Shown in pieces: positions 35,801 to 47,819 of a DNA stretch of 64,000 nucleotides. The notes under the pieces were generated by a model. The model was not told where the DNA came from. It saw only the letters and a program-made list of their open reading frames with translations, and did not search any database. Numbering within the stretch: the first letter of the stretch is position 1; each line of letters starts with the position of its first letter. Source of the stretch: Dicyema japonicum (lineage: Eukaryota > Animalia > Dicyemida); assembly GCA_011109175.1 (NCBI GenBank), contig RDEW01000045.1:239417-303416 (forward strand). The letters run 5' to 3'. The position numbers and the translations under genes were made by a program.

Positions 35801-37140
35801 CTCTTGAATTCTCGAATACTAATGACCGTAACGCTTTTACTACGGAGCTAGAAAAAAGTTTCCGTTTGGTGTGAATGGCCACAGAGTTTCAACAATGAGG
35901 TTACGCCCAGCTGAAGTGGTTCTGAAAAGGATCCCCTCATGGGTTACAGAAGAAGATCTTCGTGAGTTCTTGTTGGAGAATTGATGATCCCAAAACCAGG
36001 AAAATCAAGCATGGATCTCTCTAATAAACTCAATTGGAGAGGCTGATCAATAAAAGTTTAAACGTCATATTGAATCACGGAATCAAGGAACAATGGGGCT
36101 TTCGCCCAGGGAGATCACGTGGAGATTGTTTTTTCATCTTGAACTCTGAGATTGAGAAGGCCAGGAACTTCAAATATCAGCTGAGTGTAGTCTGCCTGGA
36201 TATATCGAAGGCCTTCGATAGTGACATGACTCACTGTTTTGTCAGCTAGTCGCAGCTGGAATCCCAAAACTTTTACTTAATTGGTTAAGAAATCTTCTGA
36301 CAGTGAAAAGATCATTTGTGAGATGTGGAGGATTTACTTCTGAAGAGATTGTTGTGAAAAGGGGAGTGTCACAAGGTTTAGTCTTGAGTCCTCTGCTATT
36401 TAATATATTTATGAGAGATTTTCCGGCTCTCAGGAATCCTAGTACTAATGTGATTATTTACGCGGAAGACATACTGATGTCTGACATCTGGAACAGTCCG
36501 GTGGTGTGAGGGAAGATTACAGGATTTTTAGAAGAAATTCTCTGGTGTTGTAAATTTCGTGGCTAAAGTATCTCAATGGAAAAGTCAAAAGCCATGAGAA
36601 TTTCACTTATATAAAGTTTTTTCGACAGGAGTACACACTGAGTATTTGCGTTATTTGGGTGTCTGTTTTGGATGCAGAGGAGACTACTTTGAAGGTTTCA
36701 AAATGAAAAATAAAAAGGACTTACCAAGCATTTCTGTGTCTACGAATACTAAATTTGAAGAAGGAGACCTTTATCTTTATTTTTGAAGGAATTATTCTAC
36801 CCTCTCTCGTCTACGAATGTGAAGGATGGTGATTTTCTCCAAAAGAGAAAGAGTAATCAATCTTTTGGATAAAACGAGGAAATAGGCAATCAAGCTGGCC
36901 CTTTCATAAAAAGGGTGAGGAACCACTAGATGAGGAGGAAACCCTGATCAAGTCAGTAAGGAGCGTAATAGTGGAACGGATTGAGGGTTTTCTTCTGAGG
37001 ACCAAAGTGGATGACACGCTCATTCAGAAGATACTGTGAATGCTAAAGAGGTGTAAAACTGCAAAAGAATCCAGGTCTCACGGCAGGATTTTTAATAACG
37101 TAATCCCCCATAACTATCGCTATGTCTTGGTATTTAATAA
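35800..37140 (+). mobile_element. I/CR1-group LINE remnant (ORF1 scrap and RT)
   Basis: QWGFRPGRS, CLDISKAFDS, GVSQGLVLSPLLFNIFM and IIYAED. Confidence 0.75.
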
Positions 37141-37599
37141 AAAAGGTTATGTTATGTTAATTTCAGATTGAAAAGCTATATAAATATTTTGCGGAAAATG
37201 TATAAGTTTAGATACGAAAAATTGGCCGCGTATATCAATAGACTAGAGAAATTGATATGTAAAACAGTTATGACACCTTTTCTTTTTATGATGCAAACGA
37301 TGAATATACTTTACGAGTATAGCATCATCTATTCGAATACGCGGCCATTAAATTTTTACTATTTTAACATAAAGCATAACTTTACACTAAAAAAATTCTT
37401 AAGAATTTCAATAGCTCACACTTTTAGTTAAATGATGAAATTCCATTCACAATAAAACTTGTTTCTACAAAATTGAGATTGCCAGTTTGAGTTTATTTGT
37501 AGATCATATTCCAATTATTGCATATGGACACTACAAATTGTATGAAAATAAATGATTGCACTTTTATGCTTCCACTTAGTGTACGTGTTTCGAACTTTG

Positions 37600-39600
37600 G
37601 TTCAAAATAGTAGCATGGCGTTATGTGGTCCACCAATTCAAAAAATTCAAAAGATTTGGCAACGCCCAGAGGGCTTCTAATACCCTCTCGAAAAGGACCA
37701 TTAGACCCCTTCCCCCCGGGGGTCATTATCGACCCCCGGCGATGTGCTTCAAGAAAGTCCAAACATTCCCGGCGAAAACCCTCAGCCCAGAAAAAAAATT
37801 TACTGCTCTCCAATTGAAAATCAACGGAATTAAAGGCAAGGTCAGGGAACTCCGTTCAATCCTGGCAAATCAGAATATCGACGTGGCCATGATTCAAGAA
37901 ACTATGATTCCACTCCTTCATTCCCTGGATACGAGGCAATCAGGATAGACCGTAAAAAGAGAAGAGGGGGTGGACTACTTACTCTATTCAAAAAAAAAGC
38001 CTGAAATGTAGAGACATTACTTCGGAAGTGAGGAAACTTGTTGGAAATGACGAGGTTACTGAGGCAATTGGAATCTCGCTTGGGACAACGAAAGGAAGTA
38101 TGCCTCTTGAATATCTACTTGCCTCCTCCGGCTCCTGCCCAAAGGACTATGTTATTCCAAACCTATAAGATTGGCTATCTACGATTAATAAGCATATGTG
38201 GAGATTTAAACGCAAAGCACCCATTATTGTTGTCAACCCGACAAGCCGACACGAGAGGAAAGCTATTGTTATTGAAATCGGACTCCCTAACGATACTGAA
38301 CGATCCAGCGAAAAATACAAGGACCCCACTCAGAGAGACGGATCAGCTTACCTCACTGGATGTAACACTCTGCTCTTCGTCGCTTTCATCAAAAATTGAT
38401 TGGTCAGTCCTCTACGAAACAAGAAGCGACCAATATCCAATTGTGATGAAGGTCATGAGAGAAGTCAGAGTGAAGAGAACACCTGCTAGTTATAACTATA
38501 AAGCTGCTAATTGGGAATCTCTGATGATAGACTGAAGAATTGTTATCTGGTCAGCTTCAAATCGCTAGAAAAAGCGATCAAATATTTTACTTGCATTATC
38601 CTAGAAGCAAGATCATTGGCTATTCCCAAGCATCCTCTAAACTCCTCTAATGGTCGAGGGAAGTCGGCATTGATCAAAGAAAGAAATCACTTAAAAAATC
38701 TAATTGGATCACATTAGAAACGAAACTCCGGATCAGAGCTCTAAACAACGAAATAAAGGCCAGAGAGTTCAAGGCCAAGAAATAGAAGTGGAATCGGATT
38801 CTTACAAAGGTAACTCGCAACCGTAGTACCAGAGAAGAGTGGAAAGCCATCCGAAATGTTGCAAAGGGAGAAGAAACTTCCCCCGAGGATGAGTATACTC
38901 AACGAGAGGTTAACAAATTGATAAAATTCTACACAAAATTTTTGTACAAGAACACAGGAAGTCGGAAATGCTTCTCTCTTCATTGAGAAAACAGAAGAAG
39001 GATTCTAACCCAGTTTACTTTTCGGATGAAGACGAGAAGAATGCGCTGCGTTTTACAAGAACAACGTACTCTGCCGGTCCCGACAACATTCCAGTAGTGT
39101 TCTTGAAGAACCTTGGAGATATTGGAGTCGGTTTCTAACGTCGGTGTATAACTATTCAATTAATTGTAATGTAATACCGTTGTTATTGAAGCAAGCCAAC
39201 ATCCGACCTATACTGAAACCTGGAAAACCTAAGGAAGATCCGGCATCATTTAGACCTGTGTCATTGCTATGTTCCATATTGAAAATCCTGGAGAGGCTTG
39301 TGATTGGGAGAATCAAGGTTTTCTTACCAGAAAAGGATTTTCAACACGGATTCAAGAGCGATTGTTCTACATCAACGTACCTACAGAAATTAATCAACTT
39401 CATTAGAGATGAATTTTCAAACAAACCAAGGCATTTGAAAACAGTCTTATGTTCCATTGATATTAACAAGGCCTTTGATTCTATTTCAATAAAAATATTA
39501 TCAAAGAAAATTTTCCAGTCGAGATCCTTGGGAAGCTTAAACTTTGGATAACAAATTTTTTAAGTGGACGAAGGGACCTATATGCCTCGGAAGACTGAAA
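37600..39600 (+). mobile_element. Jockey/I-like LINE (APE and RT N-half)
   Basis: INGIKGK, AMIQET, CGDLNAKH, LDVTL, SDQ, PILKPGKP...SFRPVSLL and DINKAFDS. Confidence 0.85.
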
Positions 39601-40780
39601 TCAGGCATATTCCACGGCGATTGTCTGACGATATATAATTCCGATTGCTTCAGTAATATTCACTGGGGTCTTCTGGATAAGATCCCATGTGGCATTCATT
39701 TTCTGTAGTCTTTTGGTGAGGACTTTTGCATGGTAGGTAAAATTAAGCAGCCTATCGTATGTCACTACCAGGATTGAGGGGTTTCTTGTGACAGGTATCC
39801 GAGTATGGTCCTTCATTAGAATGAAGGTCTGAAGTGAATAGAGTACATGTTGATTTTGGAGCCGATACCGATAGACTGTTATCTATCAACAAATCGTGGA
39901 TACAATCCACTTTCTTCTGTGCGAGTGAGACTGCTTCTGATGTCAAACGGCTTCTTGTTGCATTGATGATATCGTCAGCATATAAAAGCAGTAGGAAGTT
40001 CTTGTCAGTGTCTGCTGCCAGGTCGTGGAGGAAATGGTTGAATAGAGTGGCGGACAAAGTCGAACCTTAGGGCACTACGTTCGGTAATAAACGTGATCGT
40101 GATCTGAGGTCGCCACAGATGACCTTCCCACCTCTTCCAGATAAAAAAAATGGCCAGCCATAGCTTCAAGTTAGGGTGAATTTTTGAATCAAAGAGTTTT
40201 CAATTAAATGTTTCCCCGGTACCGAGTTAAACTCCTTGTTGATGTCAATAGAGATTATTGTTGTCCGGATGTGTCTTGGGGTGAACCGAAGATACTTTGT
40301 CAGGGCCCGTGAGTTTTTTGATCAGGCGATAACCCCAGATACCTGCTTGTCTGAAAATAGTTTTTGGTAAGGTTACTTCTTCGATTTATAGAAACGTACT
40401 TTGATATACAAGTGTTTCGAGAAAAGCTGAGGTCAGCTGACTTACGTTCATTAAGGGTATACTGTTATTTACAATTGTGAGTAGGGCTCAACCTGATGTT
40501 CCCTGACGTTCCTTACGGATCACTTTGTATCCTGGAAAAGAAGGTGTTTGAGTGGAGGATGAGAGCTTGGATTCCTTGATAAGGAGAGGAGAGCTCTTAG
40601 CTCAAAATTCTTCCTTCTAATTCCATTTATATTTAGTAATAAAATTATTGTCTCCACATGGACCAAGGTTTGTTGCAATGTCGCCTCATCAATCACCAAT
40701 CCATAAATTCCACTCATTTAAGCTTTTTGTGAACTATATTTAGAGAAAAAAGTATCTATAGTCATAATTTTGAAAACATC
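39600..40780 (-). mobile_element. Second Jockey/I-like RT copy, tail-to-tail with the previous one
   Basis: LSATLFNHFL, LLYADDII and VTYDRLLNF. Confidence 0.8.
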
Positions 40781-41717
40781 GAGGCATTTTTGTTCTTGAA
40801 ATCATCACTGGTTTCAACGTATAGAGACACGGTCTCTTTTAGAATCTAGCATAATAGAGACACGGTATTTTAGAATCTTCAAAAATAGTGTAATTCTTTA
40901 GTATTGATTATTTATTGTTTTTCTCGATATCGTCTTTCGCTAAATGTGAGAATTTATCAGCTAACTGATAACACGAAATAGCATCATTTTCTTATTTATA
41001 ATTTAAGTTTTTTAATTAAAAGTAAGGCGACTATAGCGTCCACAAAGAGATCAAAGATTAAACCTCATTTGTCACCATCACTCTCTAATTTGATTTGTTT
41101 AATGTTTTCGCAAACAAAAACTATTTATTGAACTAATTATGTAGAATGATATAAGGTTAACCATTTCATAATATACAATTCTTCAACTAATCTTACCCCT
41201 GAGGCTTCGAGTTTTCTCAGGCACAAGCAGAAAATTTTCTAACCCTCTCTTTTTCGACTTTCTTTATCCAGGTGTGTTGTAATGGAGAAAACATTCCTGA
41301 ATTCATGTGGAATAGTATCGCTCGAAGGCACTGACGAATAATATCAAGTTTGTTCAGTATTTTTTTCTTCAGAACAAAGAAGTGATATTATTAGCACTTT
41401 CACGAGAGCCATAATATTTATAGCCCCGCATGTGCAGCAAAATATATAAGAGAATTAGTTAGGTTGCTCCAAGTTCTTCTGTTCTTTGCTAGGTCCCTCA
41501 GTGAGTCCAGATCGTCACCAGATGCCAATGTTTCTTCACGGCTTTCAGATCTTTTTGTAGAACGACCGGGAGGGTAGTTCTTGGTCTTCCACGAAAGCGT
41601 TTTACATTGGAGGAGTAGTAATCTTCCATTGCGATATTCGGGGGATATCGGGTCCAACCTCTGGAAGTGTCCAAAAAATTTCCAACGAGAATGATCTTGT
41701 GACTTAATGGTGTACAG

Positions 41718-43913
41718 CAGAGGTTGTCAAACGGTGTGCCGCGAGACAATTTCTAGTGTGCCGCCTGCCAAATACAAATTTGAATAAATTTATATACATT
41801 TTTTGACCTAATTAATTTAAAAAGATAAATAAATTAAAATAATCATTTTTTATTATATATTAAATGACATTTACATTGGTTAACCATTATTTAATAATTT
41901 TTTAATAACGTGCGCATCAACGTGGTTATGGGTAAATCAGTTCGTAGTTCTTATAAAGATTCTTATTTGTCATTTGGATTTATATGCATAGATAAAAATA
42001 AACTACCTCAATGTCTAATTTGCATGGAAGTCTTGGCAAATGATGCTATGGTTCCTAGCAAACTAAAGAGACATTTTACTTCCAAGCATCCGGAGTATTC
42101 CGGAAAAATCTGTGGATTATTTTATCCATTTGAAAAAACAACACAAGTATTATTTAGTTTTTACTATTAATCGTAGATCTAGTCAAATGATGTTCAGTGA
42201 AACTTTTGTAAACACAAAGGAATCATTGAAATGTTCATACCTGATCTCAGAATTGATAGCAAAACAACTAAAACCTCACACTATTGGCGAAAACTTGATA
42301 ATCCCTGCTTGTCGTGTTATTGCTCGGACAATGTTTGGTCATAAATATGAACAAAAAATAATGAAGATACCTTTGTCAGATAACACTGTTTCTCGTCGGA
42401 TTTGTGCTTTGTCGGAGAATATTGAAAATAATGTCTCATTTTCTATTAAAGAAACTCGGTTTTCATTACAACTTGATGAATCCACGGATATTTCGGGAAT
42501 GGCACATTTGTTGGCATATATACGATTTGTTTATTTTGGGAAAATTACAGAACAATTCTTGTTTTGTAAGCCTCTTTTAACTACTACTCGAGCAATTGAC
42601 ATGTTCACGATATTAAAGTATTATTTCAATATCAATAATATTTCATTTGCAAATTGTATTGGTGTATGTACAGATGGAGCCCCGTCAATGTCTGGTCGTA
42701 TTAATGGACTTGTTTCATTAGTAAAATCTAAAAATAATGAGATAATATCAACACATTGTTTTTTGCATCGAGAAGTATTGGTTGTAAAAACATTACCTAT
42801 GAATTTGAAATCTGTCTTGGATGATATTATCCGAATGATTAATAATATAAAAAGTCGACCCAAAAAGTCTCGCATTTTTACTACTATTTGCGATGAAATT
42901 GGGGCAAACTTTACAAATTTGTTACTTCATACCGAAATTCGATGGCTATCAAGGGGTAAAGCATTAACGAGGGTTTTTGAATTAAAGGACGAAATGTGTG
43001 AGTTTTTTAAATTGGAAGGGCATTCTGAATTTGTTGAAAAAATTCAGAATCCAATGTGGTCTATAAAACTTGCGTATTTATCTGACATTTTACAAATATT
43101 AAACGAGGTTAATGCAAGTATGCAAGGAGGTTCTGAGACTATTTTATCGTCGACGGACAAATTAAATTCTTTGAAAATGAAAATCAGTTTTTGGAGAAAA
43201 AGGGTTTTAGATGGCGATTATACTATGTTTCCTAATACGAATGGTTTATTTTATATTTTAATTATAATAAGGATATAATGGTGAATCGATAAAGGGACTG
43301 ATTAATGAACATTTAATAATTTTGGAAAACAAAATGGATGCTTATTTTCCAGACTTAGAAATTGAAAAATTCGATTGGGTTATTATTTTTTAAATATTTT
43401 TTAGATACGAAATCCTTTTCTTGTGTCAGAATCAAAACACTTATCTGTTAAAGAAAATGAAGAACTTATTGCACTGTTTAATGATCGATCTTTAAGATTA
43501 ATGATGACGGAGTTAGACATTGGAGAATTCTGGATATATATTCGAAACATATATCCCAGTTTATCAAAACAAGCACTGACCATAATTTTACAGTTTTCAA
43601 CGACCTATTTATTCGAAACAGGTTTTTCTACGCTGCATAATATGAAATATAACAAACGCGAAAGTTTGAGAAACATTGATGCTGAAATGCGGGTGGCTTT
43701 GTCAACCATTCGACCTGATATTGATGATATATGCAAAAACAATAATAATTAAGATTTTATTTCTATTATTAATAAAAATTTGGGCATTAAATTACCAATT
43801 TTTGTACTTAGTTTTACACATCTTAAAAATTTATTTTTTTTATTTTTAATGTGTGCCGTGAATTATTTTTTTACGATTAGTGTGCCGCGGGAATTATTTT
43901 TTGAAAAGCTCTG
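41718..43913 (+). mobile_element. Buster/Charlie-type hAT DNA transposon, nearly intact
   Basis: TIRs CAGAGGTTGTCAAA / TTTGAAAAGCTCTG (12/14 match); 8-bp TSD GTGTACAG / GTGTATAG; subterminal GTGTGCCG x4. Confidence 0.92.
41928..43752 (+). CDS. hAT transposase (ZBED5/SCAND3-like) with three miniature introns
   Basis: BED finger (PQCLIC...LKRHFTSKH), LQLDESTD, CTDGAP, HCFLHRE, RWLSRG and ETGFS. Introns 42147-42176, 43244-43271 and 43379-43404; splicing the last restores W|IRNPF. One extra A near 42107. Confidence 0.88.
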
Positions 43914-44792
43914 GTGTATAGTCACACTTATTGTACAGTCCATTCCGCAAAATCTTGGATTGCCATGACATTCCAGTTATGTTTCTTAGATGATTCCTAT
44001 GAAATGAGTCTAGCCTCTCCAATTCCTTTTTAGAGGTGGCCCAGGTCCCAGAGTTGTATAATAGGATTGGTTTGATGAAGGTGTCGTATAACATAATCCT
44101 ATGTTTTATGTTATACCCTTTCCGTTTTAGTCAAAGATTTTTCAGCCTGTGTAATGCCGCATTTGCCAATGTTTTTCTCCGTATGATGTCTTCGCTATCT
44201 CCTAGTAGAGAACCAAGTTTCCTTATGTGTCTCCATTTTTCTTCGAGTGAGTTGTTCATTCTTCTTATCTCTGTCTGTTCTGTTTTTTCCTTGTTCACGG
44301 TGAGAAACAATTTCCCAAGTATATCTGGTGCTTTTTCTAGTACATGTTCCAGGAGTTCTTTGTCTTCAGAAATTAGGTCGACATCATCAGCATAAATCAC
44401 TTCTTCTATTTTTCCTTGGTTAATGGTCTCAGTTCCCTCATAGCGGCCTCCAAGTATATTGTGAATAGTAGAGGAGAGAGGGAGTCTCCTTTAGGAGTGC
44501 CTGTGTTGGTTTCAAATTTTCTTGAGTAGGTTTTTCCAACTCTCACAAGGAGCTCTGTGTTAGATAGAAGGATTTGAATCATTCTTAGACTCGATTCGTC
44601 AATAAACCCTTCCAGCACTGTCATTAATTTGTCCCTGTTATCGAGTCAAAGGCTTTTGATAGATCTATTCCCAGAATGTTGGTGGCATTGCAATATCTTT
44701 GATGTGTTGCACATCTCCACCTGTTACTCCAGACTGCATCAGCTGTTGATCTTCCTTCTCTGAACCCACTTTGACTTTCGGGTAGGTATCTC

Positions 44793-45120
44793 ATTATTTA
44801 TTTATTTATTAACCCCGGATACACCGAGAAAGAAGTTAAAGTAAACAACTATTTAAGTGTATCAAGTTTCCACTTCTACAGAAACAGAGTCCATCCGGAA
44901 TCAGCATAAAAGGTAAGACGTCCACTACATGCAGTTGTGGAAACCCCTCCAGTGGAGTGGGGGAGAGCAAATGATCCTTTTTCGTGCCGGCCTGGCACTG
45001 GGCGTCACCTAGACAGGTGGATCACATGACGCCACTCTAATAGGAAGAGAGAGGAGGAACAGACAAGCAAGCAGAAAACTTCAACCAATTAACCACGCAG
45101 CACCACATGGCGCCACGCGG
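44793..45120 (-). repeat. SINE-like non-coding element, about 330 nt, with (AATA)n tail
   Basis: Partial copies at 33940-34066 and 34393-34595; tail stub at about 16680-16700. Confidence 0.65.
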
Positions 45121-45181
45121 ATATAGCTTAATGTTTAATTTAAAATTGAAAAATGATAATTTTATAAATTAATTAATTCAA

Positions 45182-47115
45182 ATGTATGAATGGTTGGATA
45201 TGCAGGACGTGGAGTTTAATCCACCAAAATCAAATCAGAATGAAAGCTCATTTTCACCAAGAATTGCCAATTACACGGCTGATGGAGTTATCAACTTCAT
45301 TGAATCAGAGTTTACTAATCATAAAATGAATGAACTAAAGTGGGACCTTGAGAGAGCAGAATATAATGTTATATGATAAATATATGTTTAGGCAAAAATA
45401 GCTTATTTGAAGGATTTATGTGAAAAGGACAAATTGGTAATACGAGAATTGGTCAATCGTATTAAAATTCTTGAAAATTCTTTGATTTCTGTTAATAATA
45501 AAGACCCGAAATTGTTCGAACGTAATTTTATTTACTTTTATAGATAATTTGATTAATAACACTGATAATTCTAAATGGAGGGATGGAAGAGATTAACTTA
45601 AGCGGTTTTAGTTATTATAATATTTAGGTATTTAGAGGAAATCGGAGTTGATGACTTTTTAGTTGACTTACGGGATTCACATGTCCGTCTTAAATTAGGC
45701 CTTCCACAGCATAAAGAGCTTACTAAGAACAATTTTGACAGGATTGAGGAAAATAAGAAAATTGATAATCCCATTCTTATAGAAGAGAATACACTAAGTG
45801 AAACAGAAATTGATGATAAATTCATAATCAGTCTCAATTCCCAGTATTCACATCACTATGTAAATTAACATATCCTGCCGTTAAGGCAAAAGCTTGATGA
45901 AATCAAAAACTCAAATGTTCGTCTTTTATAGTAAACTTTAGCCTAATTTTCCCGCTAAAACTATCGAAATTTGTTATGGGTTTGTTATCATAATATAACT
46001 AAGTCATCTTCTGCCTGCTAGATCTACTGCTTTCCACCCTAAACTCCCTCTATTAGCTACTGGATCAGATGACCACCTTGTTAGACTCTGGTATTTGGAT
46101 TTAGATAACGAAAAGTATTATTTTTGAATAACTAAGTGAACTATTCGTACCAAGTCTCACATACTATGGAAGTCTGTCCCCAGTTCTTTGCATTGTATTC
46201 ACAGAGGATGGTTGTAAACTTGTCGCAGGCACCTTAACTGGGAATTTTATGATCTGGAATTGTCCTCGTGATCCTTTGATTGAAAACTTTAATAATTTAT
46301 ATTATTCAGAATTAACAAAAAGTGTGGAGATTTGCACACATTTGGATGCAGTATGGAATATTTGTATGAATTCTAATTTTGTGATATCTCTGTCTGCTGA
46401 TGGTTGGATTAAGATGACCAGTTTGACAACTTTGAGTCTTGATAAGTCCTTTCAGTTGATAGGAGGTATTACAGTCATTAATTCAAAGACAGGAGGGCGG
46501 TTTCGATGACTGTGGCTGATGGAAGATTGTTGATTGGGTACAACACATCGACTGTTGAAATAAGGTCAATGGATACCTTTGATGTTGTTTTTGAGTTGAA
46601 ATTATGTATTTAATGATTTTAATTAAAGGTTCTTCTGTTTGTCAGGTCATTTCTACAAAATTTTATCCTTTTTATGTTGTGACTTGTTTAGATGGGATAG
46701 TTCACTTTTTAAACATGAATGGAGGTTTTTTATGTTTGACCATCTTAGAGACTCAAATGATTGAGGCACATGATTGTCCAATTACATCAGCAGTGTTGGA
46801 TGGTTGTAGACTTATAATGCAGGTTATTCATTGTAAGGGACCGATGGTTGTGTGAAAATATGGAATATAGAAACATCTGAATGTGTCTATGAATTTAAAT
46901 TTGAACGGAGTAATTTTGATGAATGTGTTGTTTCTGTGGGATTTGATAGACTGAGAGATCTCAATGCTGTTTCCTTTGGTGATGGCTCAATTGTAATGTT
47001 ACATGGAAATTATTGTTGACTATGTTATGGTTAATCAGTGTTTTTTGTAGTTGTCATCCCTAAAGTTTGGAATTTAACAAATGAAACCAAATTTTATTTA
47101 ACTAGTCCCAATTAA
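45182..47115 (+). CDS. STRN: Striatin family protein (coiled coil and WD40), many miniature introns, several lesions
   Basis: YTADGVINFIESEF...KWDLERAEYN|AKIAYL...ELVNRIKILE; WRDGRD*LKRYLEEIG; AFHPKLPLLATGSDDHLVRLW; HLDAVW...SLSADG. The 3' end is approximate. Confidence 0.87.
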
Positions 47116-47819
47116 TCCTCTTAGCGAATAATTATATAATTTCGCATTACCACTCATGGACATCCCTTAAGTGACAGAACAAGTCTTACATATTAAAAGC
47201 ATCCTATTATTAATTAACTTAATACACAATCAAGTTACCACCACATTTACTCAGTTCCTACAATCACAAAGACAAGGCCTTCCTGCACACAAGTCCATTT
47301 ATAATCATTGTGGGGGCTTCCAATACAAACTCCATTGTAATGAAAAGTACTAATGATTTTTGATACCGTCCTTGCACTGGCTACTTCATGAGACAGGTGT
47401 ATCACCTGATTAACCATGAAGAAAGTTTCCGATCCATGCTTGAGATTCAATTTGGAATAAGTTACCGATCTTAAATCTCCAAAACAATCACTCCCTTCAG
47501 AGCCCCAAGAAAGTTGACTAACCAGAAGGCGTCCAGTAATATCAGACTGAATATTTTTCAAGTAAGTTTTTCGGAGTCAAACGTTTAATGAATATCTACA
47601 AAATAGATGACAGCCTTCATATGTCTGAGTTTATTTGAGAATCCAGTACTGACGAAATCCTTCAACGTTGTTAAATGGATGGAAGAAGAGCGTTCAGTTA
47701 TGGATACGGCAAAAATTACATGTTGGTACAAAGTTCTTAATTTTTGAAAGGAATATTTTTTTTGAACATTTTTAACATTATACAGAGAAATTTTATTATC
47801 AAATGAATAAAAATTAAAT

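Larger units (their letters stand above)
41370..44792 (-). mobile_element. RTE-like LINE 3' half split by the hAT insertion
   Basis: GTPKGDSLSP, IYADDV and IKPILLYN; YNKCDYTP rejoins across the hAT; tail near 41385-41400. Confidence 0.85.
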
